A stretch of 50,680 bases of DNA from Dehalococcoidia bacterium UBA2247 (lineage in GTDB: Bacteria; Chloroflexota; Dehalococcoidia; UBA2247): contig DDXZ01000001.1 of NCBI GenBank assembly GCA_002347295.1, positions 1 to 50,680 of the forward strand, read 5' to 3'. A program made the position numbers and the translations under genes. The notes beneath the pieces are model-generated. The model was not told the DNA's origin. It worked only from the letters and a program-made list of their open reading frames with translations, and did not search any database. This document shows positions 26,299 through 35,753 of the stretch, piece after piece; positions within the stretch are counted from its first letter, which is position 1, and each line of letters opens with the position of its first letter.

Positions 26299-26384
26299 GC
26301 CGGGGTGGCGGAACAGGCAGACGCGACGGACTTAAAATCCGTTGGGAGTAATATCCCGTGTGGGTTCGACCCCCACCCTCGGCA
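26299..26384 (+). tRNA. tRNA-Leu (anticodon UAA)
   Basis: Acceptor GCCGGGG/CCTCGGC (one G:U pair), anticodon stem ACGGA/TCCGT, loop CTTAAAA, long variable arm, T-arm GTGGG-TTCGACC-CCCAC. CCA not encoded. Confidence 0.9.
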
Positions 26385-26772
26385 GACCTTATTTATGCTT
26401 AAATTCTCTTCATTTGGCATTTAATTTATCCTCCTCTATCAGCATTACAGATAATAATAACTCTACTATCTCGAAAAAGTATAAGACCGTTACGTTTTTT
26501 GCTGAATTCTTTAAGGCTGTTAGCAGACGTGAATTATTGTCAGGGAGGATTTCCTTATTAGGTGATAATTGAAGACGTAGTGACGATTAAGTGACATTAG
26601 GCGAGACGGTAGCTAGAGGGAAATAATAAAATAGGTTATATTTGTAATTGAAGATATTGGTAGAAAATGGATTGGTTTTAGCATTAAAGAGAATAAGTAT
26701 TAATATAACTCAATTTTAGGAGCGATGTAATTCAGTGCATCAGCAATGTCAATTTAATGGGTCGGAGAAAAT

Positions 26773-27396
26773 ATGAATAAAGATTTAATATATCCAAGGC
26801 AAAACGACAAACAAACGGTTTACTTAAAGTCAGTTATTAACAACCCTAATATCATTGTTGGGGATTATACAATGTACAATGACTTTCACAATGACCCACG
26901 TGATTTTCAAAAGAACAATGTGCTTTATCATTATCCAATTAATAAAGATAAACTGATAATAGGTAAATACTGTTCAATTTCATGTGGAGTAAAGTTCATT
27001 TTTACTTCTGCAAATCATACCCAAAGGTCGTTGTCAACTTATCCTTTTCCGATATTTTTCAGCGAGTGGTCTTTAAATAGAGATGATATCACCAAAGCAT
27101 GGGATAATAAGGGAAATACTATTATTGGAAACGATGTTTGGATAGGCTATGAAGCAATTATTATGCAAGGAGTAAAGATTGGTGATGGAGCAATTATCGG
27201 AACCAGGGCTGTTGTAACCAAAGATGTTCCACCATATACAATTGTTGGAGGCGTTCCGGCAAATGTAATAAAAAAAAGGTTTAAGGATGAAATAATCAAC
27301 AAACTTATTGATACGCAATGGTGGAACTGGGAAGATATAAAGGTGAAAGAAAAGCTTCAAGACATAATCAACGGAAATATTGGAGGATTAAGATAG
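26773..27396 (+). CDS. vat: Xenobiotic acyltransferase (hexapeptide-repeat), Vat-type streptogramin A O-acetyltransferase-like
   Basis: Collinear with Vat(D)-type enzymes as I remember them: LYHYPI..DKL.IGK(F/Y)CSI, ANH...[47 protein letters not shown] and WWNW. The gene is visibly more AT-rich than its surroundings. Confidence 0.85.
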   Translation: MNKDLIYPRQNDKQTVYLKSVINNPNIIVGDYTMYNDFHNDPRDFQKNNVLYHYPINKDKLIIGKYCSISCGVKFIFTSANHTQRSLSTYPFPIFFSEWSLNRDDITKAWDNKGNTIIGNDVWIGYEAIIMQGVKIGDGAIIGTRAVVTKDVPPYTIVGGVPANVIKKRFKDEIINKLIDTQWWNWEDIKVKEKLQDIINGNIGGLR

Positions 27397-27634
27397 TTTA
27401 ACTTTTCACCTGATACAAAATCCGAACAGTATCATTCATTCGTACGCATGACAGGACAGACATTCCAGATCCTTTTACTGATCTGACCCCCAAAAACGAT
27501 ACCAGATATAATATCGCAATAAGGGGGCTTGGAGTGTACCCCATAACGATTGCTAACAAAGAATACGAGACTGGTTATAGGGTAGTTTAGAAGAGAATTC
27601 TGGTATCGGATGTCAATAACGTAAACCAAACCTC

Positions 27635-27925
27635 TCATGCTGCCAGTAATCCCTGGTAATATTTCTGGATGTATGCTGCCGGGGATAAATAACCCAACCC
27701 GACCTGCAAACGCTCCCGGTTAGAGAAGATTTCTATGTACTCTCTTATCTCAGCCATCGCTTCCCGCCGAGTGCGGTAATAGCTGTGGTACACCAATTCC
27801 TGTTTGAGAATGCCCCAAAAACTCTCCATCGGTGCATTATTATAACAGTTCCCTTTCCCGCTCATTGATATTACCAGCCCAAATATCTTCATTTCGGTAC
27901 CGAGGTATCTGTTGACGGTGACATT
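27635..27925 (-). pseudogene. IS3-family transposase (OrfB) C-terminal fragment
   Basis: ...ISMSGKGNCYNNAPMESFWGILKQELVYH...REAMAEIREYIEIF(S)N.ERLQVGLGYLSPAAY is the conserved IS3 OrfB tail. Everything N-terminal of about 27925 is missing; a stop lies immediately upstream. Confidence 0.75.
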
Positions 27926-28037
27926 TTATACGTAGAGGTCAACATTCAAACCTGCCTCGTTCGTACAAATTGGGGGACACCTGTCTGCACAGGAATGACG
28001 GAGCGGGATGGATTCTTCGCGATTTTATCCCGTATTC

Positions 28038-28601
28038 CTACCTTTGTTTTTTAATGAGGGAGAGGAATTCGGTGCGGGTAGAGGTGTCTTTACGAAAAAT
28101 GCCTCTCATGGCTGAGGTAACTACAATGCTATCCGATGTTTTTACGCCTCTCATGCTCATACATAAGTGCTGCGCTTCCACCACCACTCCTACCCCCATG
28201 GGTTTGACCGCGGTCATAATAGCATCGGCTAATTGCGAAGTTAATCTTTCCTGAAGCTGTGGACGGGCGGCGATGATACTCAATGCCCGTGCCAGTTTGC
28301 TGATTCCCACTACCTTACCGGCCGGGATATAACCAATGTGGGCCACACCAAAAAATGGTAATAAGTGATGCTCGCACATAGAATAGAACTGGATATCCTT
28401 CAGAGCAACCATTTCTTTGTGTTCTTCATTAAAACCGGTGTTGAGTACTTCTGTCGGGTCTAACCCGATACCGGAGAAAATTTCTGCATACATCCGGGCG
28501 ACGCGCTTTGGTGTATCTACCAGACCTTCACGGTGCGGGTCTTCTCCAATAGCTTCAATTATTGCCTGAGCGGCTTTTTCGATTTTTGCCTCATCAATCA
28601 A
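28038..28601 (-). CDS. folE: GTP cyclohydrolase I
   Basis: [25 protein letters not shown] and QLQERLT motifs. 187 aa. Confidence 0.92.
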   Translation of the reverse strand: MIDEAKIEKAAQAIIEAIGEDPHREGLVDTPKRVARMYAEIFSGIGLDPTEVLNTGFNEEHKEMVALKDIQFYSMCEHHLLPFFGVAHIGYIPAGKVVGISKLARALSIIAARPQLQERLTSQLADAIMTAVKPMGVGVVVEAQHLCMSMRGVKTSDSIVVTSAMRGIFRKDTSTRTEFLSLIKKQR

Positions 28602-28668
28602 TTTTTATATATCCTTCTATCTTAAAGTAAAGTACACCGCAATGTAATTCTTTTTCCAGATATATCCC

Positions 28669-28878
28669 TTAGAGAAAAGTTTCAATCTCTTCGCCGCGTT
28701 CGTTTTTCCTCTTTTTCAGGTAGCCCTTTTCGCGCGAACATTTTTCACAAAAACGGGATTCTTTGCCACTCTCGTCATCATATACATAGGCATAACGCTC
28801 GGGGTGGCGCATGGTCTTTCCACATGAGTCGCAGTTCATTTCGCCGGTAACGATAAGGCCAGCAATTTTTTCAGCCAT
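28669..28878 (-). CDS. Small zinc-ribbon protein of unknown function
   Basis: 69 aa with CDSCG...CEKCS (two CxxC pairs). Coding status inferred only from ORF length, its position in the gene string and the motif. Confidence 0.5.
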   Translation of the reverse strand: MAEKIAGLIVTGEMNCDSCGKTMRHPERYAYVYDDESGKESRFCEKCSREKGYLKKRKNERGEEIETFL

Positions 28879-28893
28879 TATTTTCCTCCAATT

Positions 28894-30201
28894 TTATGAC
28901 TCCACACGGATGAAATTACCAATTTCTTTGACCACGGGTAATTCTGCCATTTGTTTCAGTGCTTGCTGCACGAACGATTCTTTGGCCGGATGGGTCATAA
29001 TCACAATTTCAGCAGTTTGTTTTTCTTCGTCAGCCAGTTTTTGAATGACTGAGGAAATACTGATATCACTTTCACCCAGGACACGGGTTATCTGTGCCAG
29101 AACACCTGGTTTATCCTCGACATTCATGCGGATATAATAACGGGTAACAATTTCAGAAACAGGCTTGATTTGTTTTGGGGTACCAAATTTTACACCGAGG
29201 GAAGGTCCCTTACCGGTATAAATATTATGTGCGGCATGGATAATATCTCCGGCAACATTACTTGATGTTGGTGCCGCTCCGGCTCCCCGGCCGTAGAACA
29301 GAGTTTTTCCGATAAGGTCACCTTCAATCTGGATGGCATTGAAGACTCCATCTACTTTTGACAGGAGCATATCACTGGTAATGAAGGTGGGATGGACTCT
29401 TACTTCGATACTATTATTAACTTCCTTGGTTATTGCCAGTAGTTTGATGATATATCCCAGTTCCTGGGCATAACGAAAATCACGTGAGGTCAGTCTGGTA
29501 ATACCTTCGCGATAGACGTTATCGGGGTGGACGCGGGTGTGGAAACCGAGGGTAGCAAGTATAGCGATCTTATAGGCAGCATCCTCGCCCTCGACATCAC
29601 TGGCGGGATTAGCTTCGGCAAATCCCTGTTCCTGGGCTTCCTTAAGAGCAGTAGGAAGGTCCATTTCACTTTTTGCCATGTTAGTTAGTATGTAGTTGGT
29701 GGTGCCGTTAATAATAGCATAAATGGTATTGATTTTATTAGCAATCATTTGATTGCGCAGAGGGTCTATGAGTGGTATGCCGCCACCGACACTGGCGCTG
29801 AAAAAAATATCTACGCTGTGTTCCTGTGCAATTTTCAAAAGGTCGTAACCGTGTCTGGAAATGACATTTTTATTGGCAGTGACAACCCATTTGCCTTTAC
29901 TGAGAGCTTCTTTCATAAAATCTACGGCAGGATGTTCTCCGCCGATAAGTTCTACCACGATATCAATATCAGGGTCGTTTAAAACATCAGCAGCACTGGT
30001 GGAAAATATGGCTTGACCCCCTTTAAGGACGTTTATTCTTTCCGGATTAGTATCAGCCGCTCTTTTCAGAACCAGCGGGCATCCAATCTGCCAGGAAAAG
30101 CTTTCTGCTTTTTCAATAAGAACGCGGGCGGTACCCGCTCCGATGGTTCCCAGACCGATTAAGCCGATATTTATCTGACTTTTTTTATTGTCCTGCTTCA
30201 T
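28894..30201 (-). CDS. hom: Homoserine dehydrogenase (with C-terminal ACT domain)
   Basis: IGLIGLGTIGAG Rossmann start, central NAD_binding/homoserine dehydrogenase motifs (GIINGTTNYIL, EADP..DVEG.DAA.K) and an ACT-like tail. 435 aa. Confidence 0.9.
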   Translation of the reverse strand: MKQDNKKSQINIGLIGLGTIGAGTARVLIEKAESFSWQIGCPLVLKRAADTNPERINVLKGGQAIFSTSAADVLNDPDIDIVVELIGGEHPAVDFMKEALSKGKWVVTANKNVISRHGYDLLKIAQEHSVDIFFSASVGGGIPLIDPLRNQMIANKINTIYAIINGTTNYILTNMAKSEMDLPTALKEAQEQGFAEANPASDVEGEDAAYKIAILATLGFHTRVHPDNVYREGITRLTSRDFRYAQELGYIIKLLAITKEVNNSIEVRVHPTFITSDMLLSKVDGVFNAIQIEGDLIGKTLFYGRGAGAAPTSSNVAGDIIHAAHNIYTGKGPSLGVKFGTPKQIKPVSEIVTRYYIRMNVEDKPGVLAQITRVLGESDISISSVIQKLADEEKQTAEIVIMTHPAKESFVQQALKQMAELPVVKEIGNFIRVES

Positions 30202-30210
30202 CCTGTACTC

Positions 30211-31230
30211 CTAAATATGTTCTGCAACCCATGCATATTTATCAGTAGTGAAGTTATAATTAATCGCACTGGAATATATGCGTTGTTTAAGCCAACTCTC
30301 CACATATTTGGCCTGAACCAGAGTCAAATTAGTCTCATCGAGTGTACGTGACTCCTCTTTCTCAGATACTTTGAAAATATAGTAGGATGTGGCGTTACTA
30401 TTGGCTACCGGCTCGCTTATTTCACCCACGGCAAGATTGAAAATGACATCGGCATAATCTTTAGATAGAGCATCATAGGCATACCATCCCAGATCTCCGC
30501 CGGATTCCGCAGTGGAATCAAGCGATTTTTCCATAGCAACAGTAGCAAAATCTTCACCGTCATCCAGCCGCTGTTTTATTTCTGTCGCTTCCTCTTCAGT
30601 AGCAACCGTGATGATATTTACATGTACTTGTGGAGCAGTATCCGCCACTTCTTTATTCAAATAATCCTGTACCAGAGTGGTATTTATCAGTTGTATCCGG
30701 GTCATGAGGCGATATTCTTCATCAGTCATGTTATATTGCTTCAGTTGTTCCTTATAAAGATTATCAAAGTCCTCTGTCGCTGCTTCTTCTGTCTCCGATT
30801 CCGGCATAACTTCTTTCTTTATCTGCTCGGTTATCTGTTCATCGGTAATGGTAATTCCGTATTCTGATGCCGCCTGGGACATCAGTTCGTTATTAACAAT
30901 CATATCCGTGATATCCGGTAGTAAAGAAGCAAGGTCCGAATATTTGCCGGGGTCTGTGATGCCCTGGGTTTGCAGGGTATAACGTGCCCTTGCTACATAT
31001 TGTCTCATAGTTAGACTGGTATCATTGATGGTTAGCGCATTTTCCCGCCATGGCTTGTATTGGGAATCATAAACGCCGTAACCTGTCAGCGCGATAGCGC
31101 AAATAATGACAAAGACGCCTGCTATCTGGATAAGACGCTGTCTTTTCTGATTTCTCTTGACCAGAGAGAAATGTTGTTTGCTTGAAGCAGGTTTATTTTT
31201 CCTGATATTAAGACCTACCTTTTTTCTCAA
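30211..31230 (-). CDS. Membrane-anchored parvulin-type peptidyl-prolyl isomerase (SurA-N-like plus PpiC domain)
   Basis: N-terminal TM helix (IQIAGVFVIICAIALTGYGV). C-terminal rotamase region (...GEDFATVAMEKSLDSTAESGGDLGWY...GEISEPV). Confidence 0.8.
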   Translation of the reverse strand: MRKKVGLNIRKNKPASSKQHFSLVKRNQKRQRLIQIAGVFVIICAIALTGYGVYDSQYKPWRENALTINDTSLTMRQYVARARYTLQTQGITDPGKYSDLASLLPDITDMIVNNELMSQAASEYGITITDEQITEQIKKEVMPESETEEAATEDFDNLYKEQLKQYNMTDEEYRLMTRIQLINTTLVQDYLNKEVADTAPQVHVNIITVATEEEATEIKQRLDDGEDFATVAMEKSLDSTAESGGDLGWYAYDALSKDYADVIFNLAVGEISEPVANSNATSYYIFKVSEKEESRTLDETNLTLVQAKYVESWLKQRIYSSAINYNFTTDKYAWVAEHI

Positions 31231-31364
31231 AACTTCCTCCGAAAACAGTCAAATTTTTTACTATAAGCATTGCCCTACACAAGAAGAGGCTTTACAGAAA
31301 AGCAAAAGTAAGCCTCTTAAAAGATACCAATAAAATGTATTGTTGTTTCTTTTCAAATAGCAGC

Positions 31365-31685
31365 TTAATGAGGAGTGGTAATTCCCGTTTTGTGAACAAA
31401 GGAAGATGTATAAGGCAATAAAGCGATATGACGTGCTCTTTTTATCGCCAGGGAGAGGGCACGTTGATGCCTGGCACAGACGCCGGTACGGCGCCGTGGT
31501 TCAATCTTTCCCCGGGTAGAAATGTAGCGGCTAAGCATGTTAGCATCTTTATAATCTATAGAGCTCGATTTGTTAACACAAAAGGTACATACTTTGCGTC
31601 GGACAATATACCTTTTGTTGCTCGGACCTTTCCTCTGTTGCTTGTAATCTTTATCTTTGCGTCCGCCGTCTCGTGAATAAGCCAT
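31365..31685 (-). CDS. rpsR: 30S ribosomal protein bS18 (long form, 106 aa)
   Basis: Core RRKVCTFC...IDYKD...L.RYIS.RGKI.PRR.TG.CA.HQR.L..AIKRAR..ALLPY. Located in an rpsF-ssb-rpsR string. Confidence 0.85.
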   Translation of the reverse strand: MAYSRDGGRKDKDYKQQRKGPSNKRYIVRRKVCTFCVNKSSSIDYKDANMLSRYISTRGKIEPRRRTGVCARHQRALSLAIKRARHIALLPYTSSFVHKTGITTPH

Positions 31686-31751
31686 TGTATCTTTTTAATA
31701 ATCCTCTCAATATTAAACTTTGTCTCAAGTTTTCTTATTTACTAAAACCGG

Positions 31752-32174
31752 TTAGAAGGGGAGATCCTCCGCACTGATATCTCCTTCTCCTTCTGACTTT
31801 ATTTCTGCCACGCTGTCCTCTTCTCCCGGGAATGAAGCAGTACCTGTTTTATCCAGAAAAAGGACCCTACTGGCAATGACTTCAGTGCGATAGCGTTTTT
31901 GGCCGTCCTGCCCATCCCAGCTCCGTGTTTGTAATCTGCCCTCGACATAAGCGCGTCTGCCTTTTGACAGATATTGATTACAGGTTTCCGCGAGTTTATT
32001 CCAGGTTACTATGGTGAACCATTCGGTTTCCTGCTTGCGTTCACCGTCAGGAGTGACACGATTGGAGGTGGCAGCGATACGGAAGGTTGTTACCGGATTA
32101 CCATTGGGGGTAAACCGCATCTCCGGATCAGCCCCCAGGTTACCGATAATCATTACTTTGTTTAATCCTACCAT
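31752..32174 (-). CDS. ssb: Single-stranded DNA-binding protein
   Basis: OB-fold N-terminus (LNKVMIIGNLGADPEMRFTPNG). Acidic C-terminal tip ...EDLPF. Confidence 0.92.
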   Translation of the reverse strand: MVGLNKVMIIGNLGADPEMRFTPNGNPVTTFRIAATSNRVTPDGERKQETEWFTIVTWNKLAETCNQYLSKGRRAYVEGRLQTRSWDGQDGQKRYRTEVIASRVLFLDKTGTASFPGEEDSVAEIKSEGEGDISAEDLPF

Positions 32175-32217
32175 AATTGCCTCGATTCAAAACCGCATTT
32201 TCCCGGAATCAGGGAAA

Positions 32218-32505
32218 CTAGTCGTCTATTTTAATGACCAGATGACGGATTACTTCTTCTGCTATAAGCAGATTCTTTTCTATTTCTGCTATTTTATCAG
32301 CCGTTGATTTGAATTTCGCCAGGAAGTAAATGCCTTCCTCGGAACGATTTATGGGATAAGCCAGCTTACGTTTACCCCACTGATTTATTTCTGTAATTTG
32401 CCCGCCTCTATCAGTGATAAGCTTACTTACCTTATCTACAACTCCCGGCAGGCTCTCATCGGTAACCTGCGGGCTAACAATTACAGTCAATTCATAGTCG
32501 TGCAA
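32218..32505 (-). CDS. rpsF: 30S ribosomal protein bS6
   Basis: MHDYELTVIV... and WGKRKLAYPI. 95 aa. Confidence 0.9.
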   Translation of the reverse strand: MHDYELTVIVSPQVTDESLPGVVDKVSKLITDRGGQITEINQWGKRKLAYPINRSEEGIYFLAKFKSTADKIAEIEKNLLIAEEVIRHLVIKIDD

Positions 32506-32572
32506 TGAAATATCCCTTCCTGAATATAAATGATGTTCACATTATAATCTTATGTAACAATACCGTCAACGA

Positions 32573-33850
32573 TTACTCGCCCGGGGTTGAATCAGGCACG
32601 GGGAAGCGATGGCATAGCTCAAGAACAGCCTTTTGTGCCTTATTTTTTACACCTGAATCATCAATATGAGTGATTACTTCATATATAATATGTGCGATTT
32701 GCTTCATCTCGGCAGGACCGAAACCTCGTGTTGTTACTACGGGAGTACCCAGACGAATGCCGCTGGCAATACGTGGCGGTTGGGGGTCGAAGGGGATGGC
32801 GTTGCGATTAACACAGATTCCGATAGCATCCAGAGCCTTTTCGCAGATATTTCCGGTAATACCGGTACGGGAGAGATCAACCAGCATCAAGTGATTATCG
32901 GTTCCCCCGGAAACGATACGTAAACCCAGCTTTTGCAGTTCTTCTGCCAGAACACGGGCATTCTCTACTACTGACTTCTGGTAATTTTTAAATTCCGGCT
33001 GCATTGCCAGTTTAAAAGCAACTGCTTTAGCGGCAATGATTTGCTCCAGCGGCCCTCCCTGTACTCCGGGAAATACTGCAGAATCTACTTTTGCTGCTAA
33101 TTCCTGACGACAGAGAATGAATCCGCCGCGCGGTCCCCGTAACGTTTTATGTGTGGTTGAAGTAACAATATCGGCATAGGGTACGGGAGAAGGATGAATA
33201 CCCGCGGCTACCAATCCGGAAATATGTGCCATATCTATCATCAGGCGAGCCCCTACGGTATCGGCAATATTACGCAGCCGGGCGAAATCAATGATACGGG
33301 AATATGCGCTGGCTCCGGCGACAATAAGAGCGGGACGGTGCTGGAGTGCCAGATTTTGTACTTCATCATAATCCAGTAATTCTGTCTTCCGGTTAACGCC
33401 GTAGTGGACAAACCGGAAGAGCTTCCCGGAAAAACTTACCGGACTACCGTGGGTAAGATGTCCGCCGTGAGCGAGACTCATTCCCAGGACAGTATCCCCG
33501 GGTTTAATTACGGCAAAATATGCTGCCATATTTGCCTGGCTGCCGCTATGTGGCTGGACATTGGCATGTTCCGCCTGAAAAAGCTCTTTTACTCTGCTTA
33601 TTGCCAGATTCTCAATAGTATCCACGATTTCGCAACCACTGTAATAGCGGGAACCGGGATAACCCTCAGCATATTTATTGGTGAAAACAGAAGCTTCTGC
33701 TTCCATTACATCGCGGCTGACGTAGTTCTCTGAAGCAATGAGGATGATATTATCCTGTTGCAGTGCTACTTCTTTATTAATTAAGTCAAATATTTCCGGG
33801 TCGTTCTGCGATAACATTAACCGTGATTCCCCTTTTATTCCGGCATACAA
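32573..33850 (-). CDS. glyA: Serine hydroxymethyltransferase
   Basis: LIASENY, GYPG.RYY.GC and the PLP-lysine region [14 protein letters not shown]. The start is probably the internal [10 protein letters not shown]. Confidence 0.95.
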   Translation of the reverse strand: MYAGIKGESRLMLSQNDPEIFDLINKEVALQQDNIILIASENYVSRDVMEAEASVFTNKYAEGYPGSRYYSGCEIVDTIENLAISRVKELFQAEHANVQPHSGSQANMAAYFAVIKPGDTVLGMSLAHGGHLTHGSPVSFSGKLFRFVHYGVNRKTELLDYDEVQNLALQHRPALIVAGASAYSRIIDFARLRNIADTVGARLMIDMAHISGLVAAGIHPSPVPYADIVTSTTHKTLRGPRGGFILCRQELAAKVDSAVFPGVQGGPLEQIIAAKAVAFKLAMQPEFKNYQKSVVENARVLAEELQKLGLRIVSGGTDNHLMLVDLSRTGITGNICEKALDAIGICVNRNAIPFDPQPPRIASGIRLGTPVVTTRGFGPAEMKQIAHIIYEVITHIDDSGVKNKAQKAVLELCHRFPVPDSTPGE

Positions 33851-34096
33851 TAAAAAACTACCCTTGCCTGTAAGGTTGCTTAACCGTCGAGCAACGATAG
33901 TAAAACCATTTTCAAACTATAAACCACGCGCTAGTTTACACTAGCCCTCTGATTTGTGTCAACGCGAATGCGAAGCGAAGCATGAAGGCATTTGAGTTGC
34001 ATTTTGCGGTAAGATAATATATTTTGGCGTTAGTGCGGCAAGATTTTTATTCTCAGGGCAGTAAAATTAATTTCAGGCCAGCTTAAAAGAGTTTTT

Positions 34097-34402
34097 ATGA
34101 TGCACATCGGAGTTTGTCAAATAGAGATGCGTATCCCGGAGAGTCATTCGCTCAAAGATAAGCGGCATGTTGTGAAATCTATCATCAGCCAGGTGCGGAA
34201 TAAGTTTGAGATATCTATTGCCGAAATAGAGCATCAAGATAACTGGCAGATTGCTTCTCTGGGGATAGCCTATGTCAGCAATGACGCCCGTCATGCCAAT
34301 GAGGTGCTCTCCCGGGTAGTGGGTTATCTCCAGGAGAGTAGAATAAAAGCAGAGATACTGGACTATTCTATCGAGGTTATTCCTTTTTCGGAATCAGGCT
34401 AA
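34097..34402 (+). CDS. DUF503 (YlxP-like) protein
   Basis: (M)HIGVCQIEMRIPESHSLKDKRHVVKSII..., typical of the family. About 100 aa. Confidence 0.8.
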   Translation: MMHIGVCQIEMRIPESHSLKDKRHVVKSIISQVRNKFEISIAEIEHQDNWQIASLGIAYVSNDARHANEVLSRVVGYLQESRIKAEILDYSIEVIPFSESG

Positions 34403-34500
34403 GGGATAGCGGCTCATGTCGTTTATCGATTATCAGTGAATATAATTCTGCCATAGATTACCGCAGGAACTATGATGCCAATCGAGCTTGTACCGTAAGT

Positions 34501-34528
34501 TTGACTGTATTTTATTATGTGGTATAAT
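34501..34528 (+). promoter_or_regulatory. Strong sigma-70-type promoter with extended -10, not attached to an annotated ORF
   Basis: TTGACT (34501-34506), a 16-nt spacer, then TGG-TATAAT (TATAAT at 34523-34528). Confidence 0.5.
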
Positions 34529-34534
34529 AGTTAT

Positions 34535-34850
34535 AGTTGGAGTGGGGACTAGAGCCCCGTTACCAGTAAGGGAGGAAGTGCTATGGCCAAACAGTCAACG
34601 CTTTGTATCTGGCTATATCCTAGTAGATGCTCCTCACTGGTGAGGAGGACTTGATTAGCTCGATCTTCAGTGAGGAGCTAAAGGAAGGTTCTCGAGCTCC
34701 TTGTGCCTAATAATGACCTGCAGGTTATTTAAAATGTAAGGTAATCTGATTGTGATAATCAGGAGGGAGGAGTAGGGAACGAAATCTCCGTCAGTCGAAT
34801 AGGGTGAATGGAACTGAGCCACAGGCGTAAAGGAGTCTGTGGCTCATTAA
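34535..34850 (+). ncRNA. Candidate structured transcript of unknown class (or leader/micro-ORF RNA)
   Basis: About 315 nt between the promoter and a terminal 9-bp hairpin (gagccacag/ctgtggctc, 34816-34845). Several internal hairpins: ctcctcac-tg-gtgaggag, aggagct...agctcct, ctgatt-gtgat-aatcag. A 23-codon ORF lies at 34583-34654 behind GGGAGGA. No ORF of 60 aa or more on either strand. Confidence 0.3.
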
Positions 34851-34928
34851 TTATAATAAACAATATACTTGAAAATCATTTGTCATTGCGAAGCTTGTTC
34901 CTTACTTAATGCTCTATAATAATGTTAT

Positions 34929-35753
34929 ATGGCGAAAAATAAATACAAATTGCTGGTAACGGATATCGACGGCACCCTGCAAAGCGAAACAGGGGAAATT
35001 TCCTTGGAAGACAGAGCTGCTTTAATGAGCATACGCGAGCGCGGGATGCAGGTGGCTGTTTCTACGGGCAGAATTACTACCGCCTGCCGGGATTTGTTCG
35101 AGCTGCTTTCTCTGGGGGGATATCATATCTTTTGTGATGGTGCTTTGGTCAGTGATATCACCGGTAAAAGCATTATTTACCAACAGGCATTGGGGGACGA
35201 ACTGGTGCAGGAGACGATTGATTTTGCCCATACACATAACGTTTATCTGGAACTGGCGACAGGAGCAGAATATTTTGTGGAGCAGGAGACCGAAGCTACA
35301 CTTGTTCATAGTAAATTGCTTAACATGGAACCGCAGGTGGTTAATTTTGCAGAATTAAAGGTGAAGTCAGATATTATTAAGGAAAATCTCGTCAAGGTAT
35401 GTCCGGATGAAGAAGAAGGCATCAGCGCTTTCCGGGAAATGTTCTCCGGGAGGACCAGTATTTCGCGTGTTAATATACCCCGTTTCCCTGGTGTGGACTT
35501 CATTAATATTGTTGCCTGTGATGTATCGAAAGGCAGAGCGACTGAAAGACTGGCACGGCATCTGGGTATTACCATGGATGAGGTGGTAGCGCTGGGAGAC
35601 GGGATGAATGATGTTTCTATTATTGCGATTGCCGGATTGGGCATTGCGATGGGGAGTGCCCCGGAAGCAGTAAAGAAAGCAGCGGACTATGTCACTCTTG
35701 ATGCCATGCATAACGGGGTGGCTTACGCTATCAAGAAATTTTTGCTGGACTAG
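34929..35753 (+). CDS. Cof-type HAD-IIB sugar/phospho-metabolite phosphatase
   Basis: LLVTDIDGTL, STGR and GDGMNDVSI motifs. 274 aa. Confidence 0.85.
   Translation: MAKNKYKLLVTDIDGTLQSETGEISLEDRAALMSIRERGMQVAVSTGRITTACRDLFELLSLGGYHIFCDGALVSDITGKSIIYQQALGDELVQETIDFAHTHNVYLELATGAEYFVEQETEATLVHSKLLNMEPQVVNFAELKVKSDIIKENLVKVCPDEEEGISAFREMFSGRTSISRVNIPRFPGVDFINIVACDVSKGRATERLARHLGITMDEVVALGDGMNDVSIIAIAGLGIAMGSAPEAVKKAADYVTLDAMHNGVAYAIKKFLLD

Noticed and set aside
26385-28037. Integrative element with att repeats at tRNA-Leu(UAA)
   Set aside because: I found no copy of the tRNA 3' end at the distal border and no integrase gene. I kept only the weaker statement, an AT-rich acquired islet, as a finding.
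32553-32582. Additional ECF-type promoter, because TGTAACAA occurs here (and at 24958)
   Set aside because: The -10 CGTT box is missing at the N14 spacing (actcgccc and tgtctacc instead). The 32553 site points into the 3' end of glyA in antisense.
34740-34850. TPP or cobalamin riboswitch upstream of the Cof-type phosphatase (ctgattgtgataatcaggagggagg resembles CUGAUCUGGAUAAUGCCAGCGUAGGGA; agggaac...ggtgaa...gccacag resembles B12-element pieces)
   Set aside because: The pyrimidine-sensing CUGAGA helix and the GGGG.GC 5' part of TPP elements are absent. The B12 box (GCCACUG) and its surrounding conserved core are not reproduced. The similarity is limited to short strings.
34535-34850. tmRNA, because of a short tag-like ORF in a structured RNA
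   Set aside because: There is no tRNA-like 5' GGGG...acceptor and 3' ...UCCACCA end, and no alanine resume codon context.
35750-35753. The convergent HAD and uvrC genes overlap by 4 nt, with palindromic stop codons (CTAG)
   Set aside because: This is a real but trivial consequence of compact gene packing. There is no regulatory implication that I can support.
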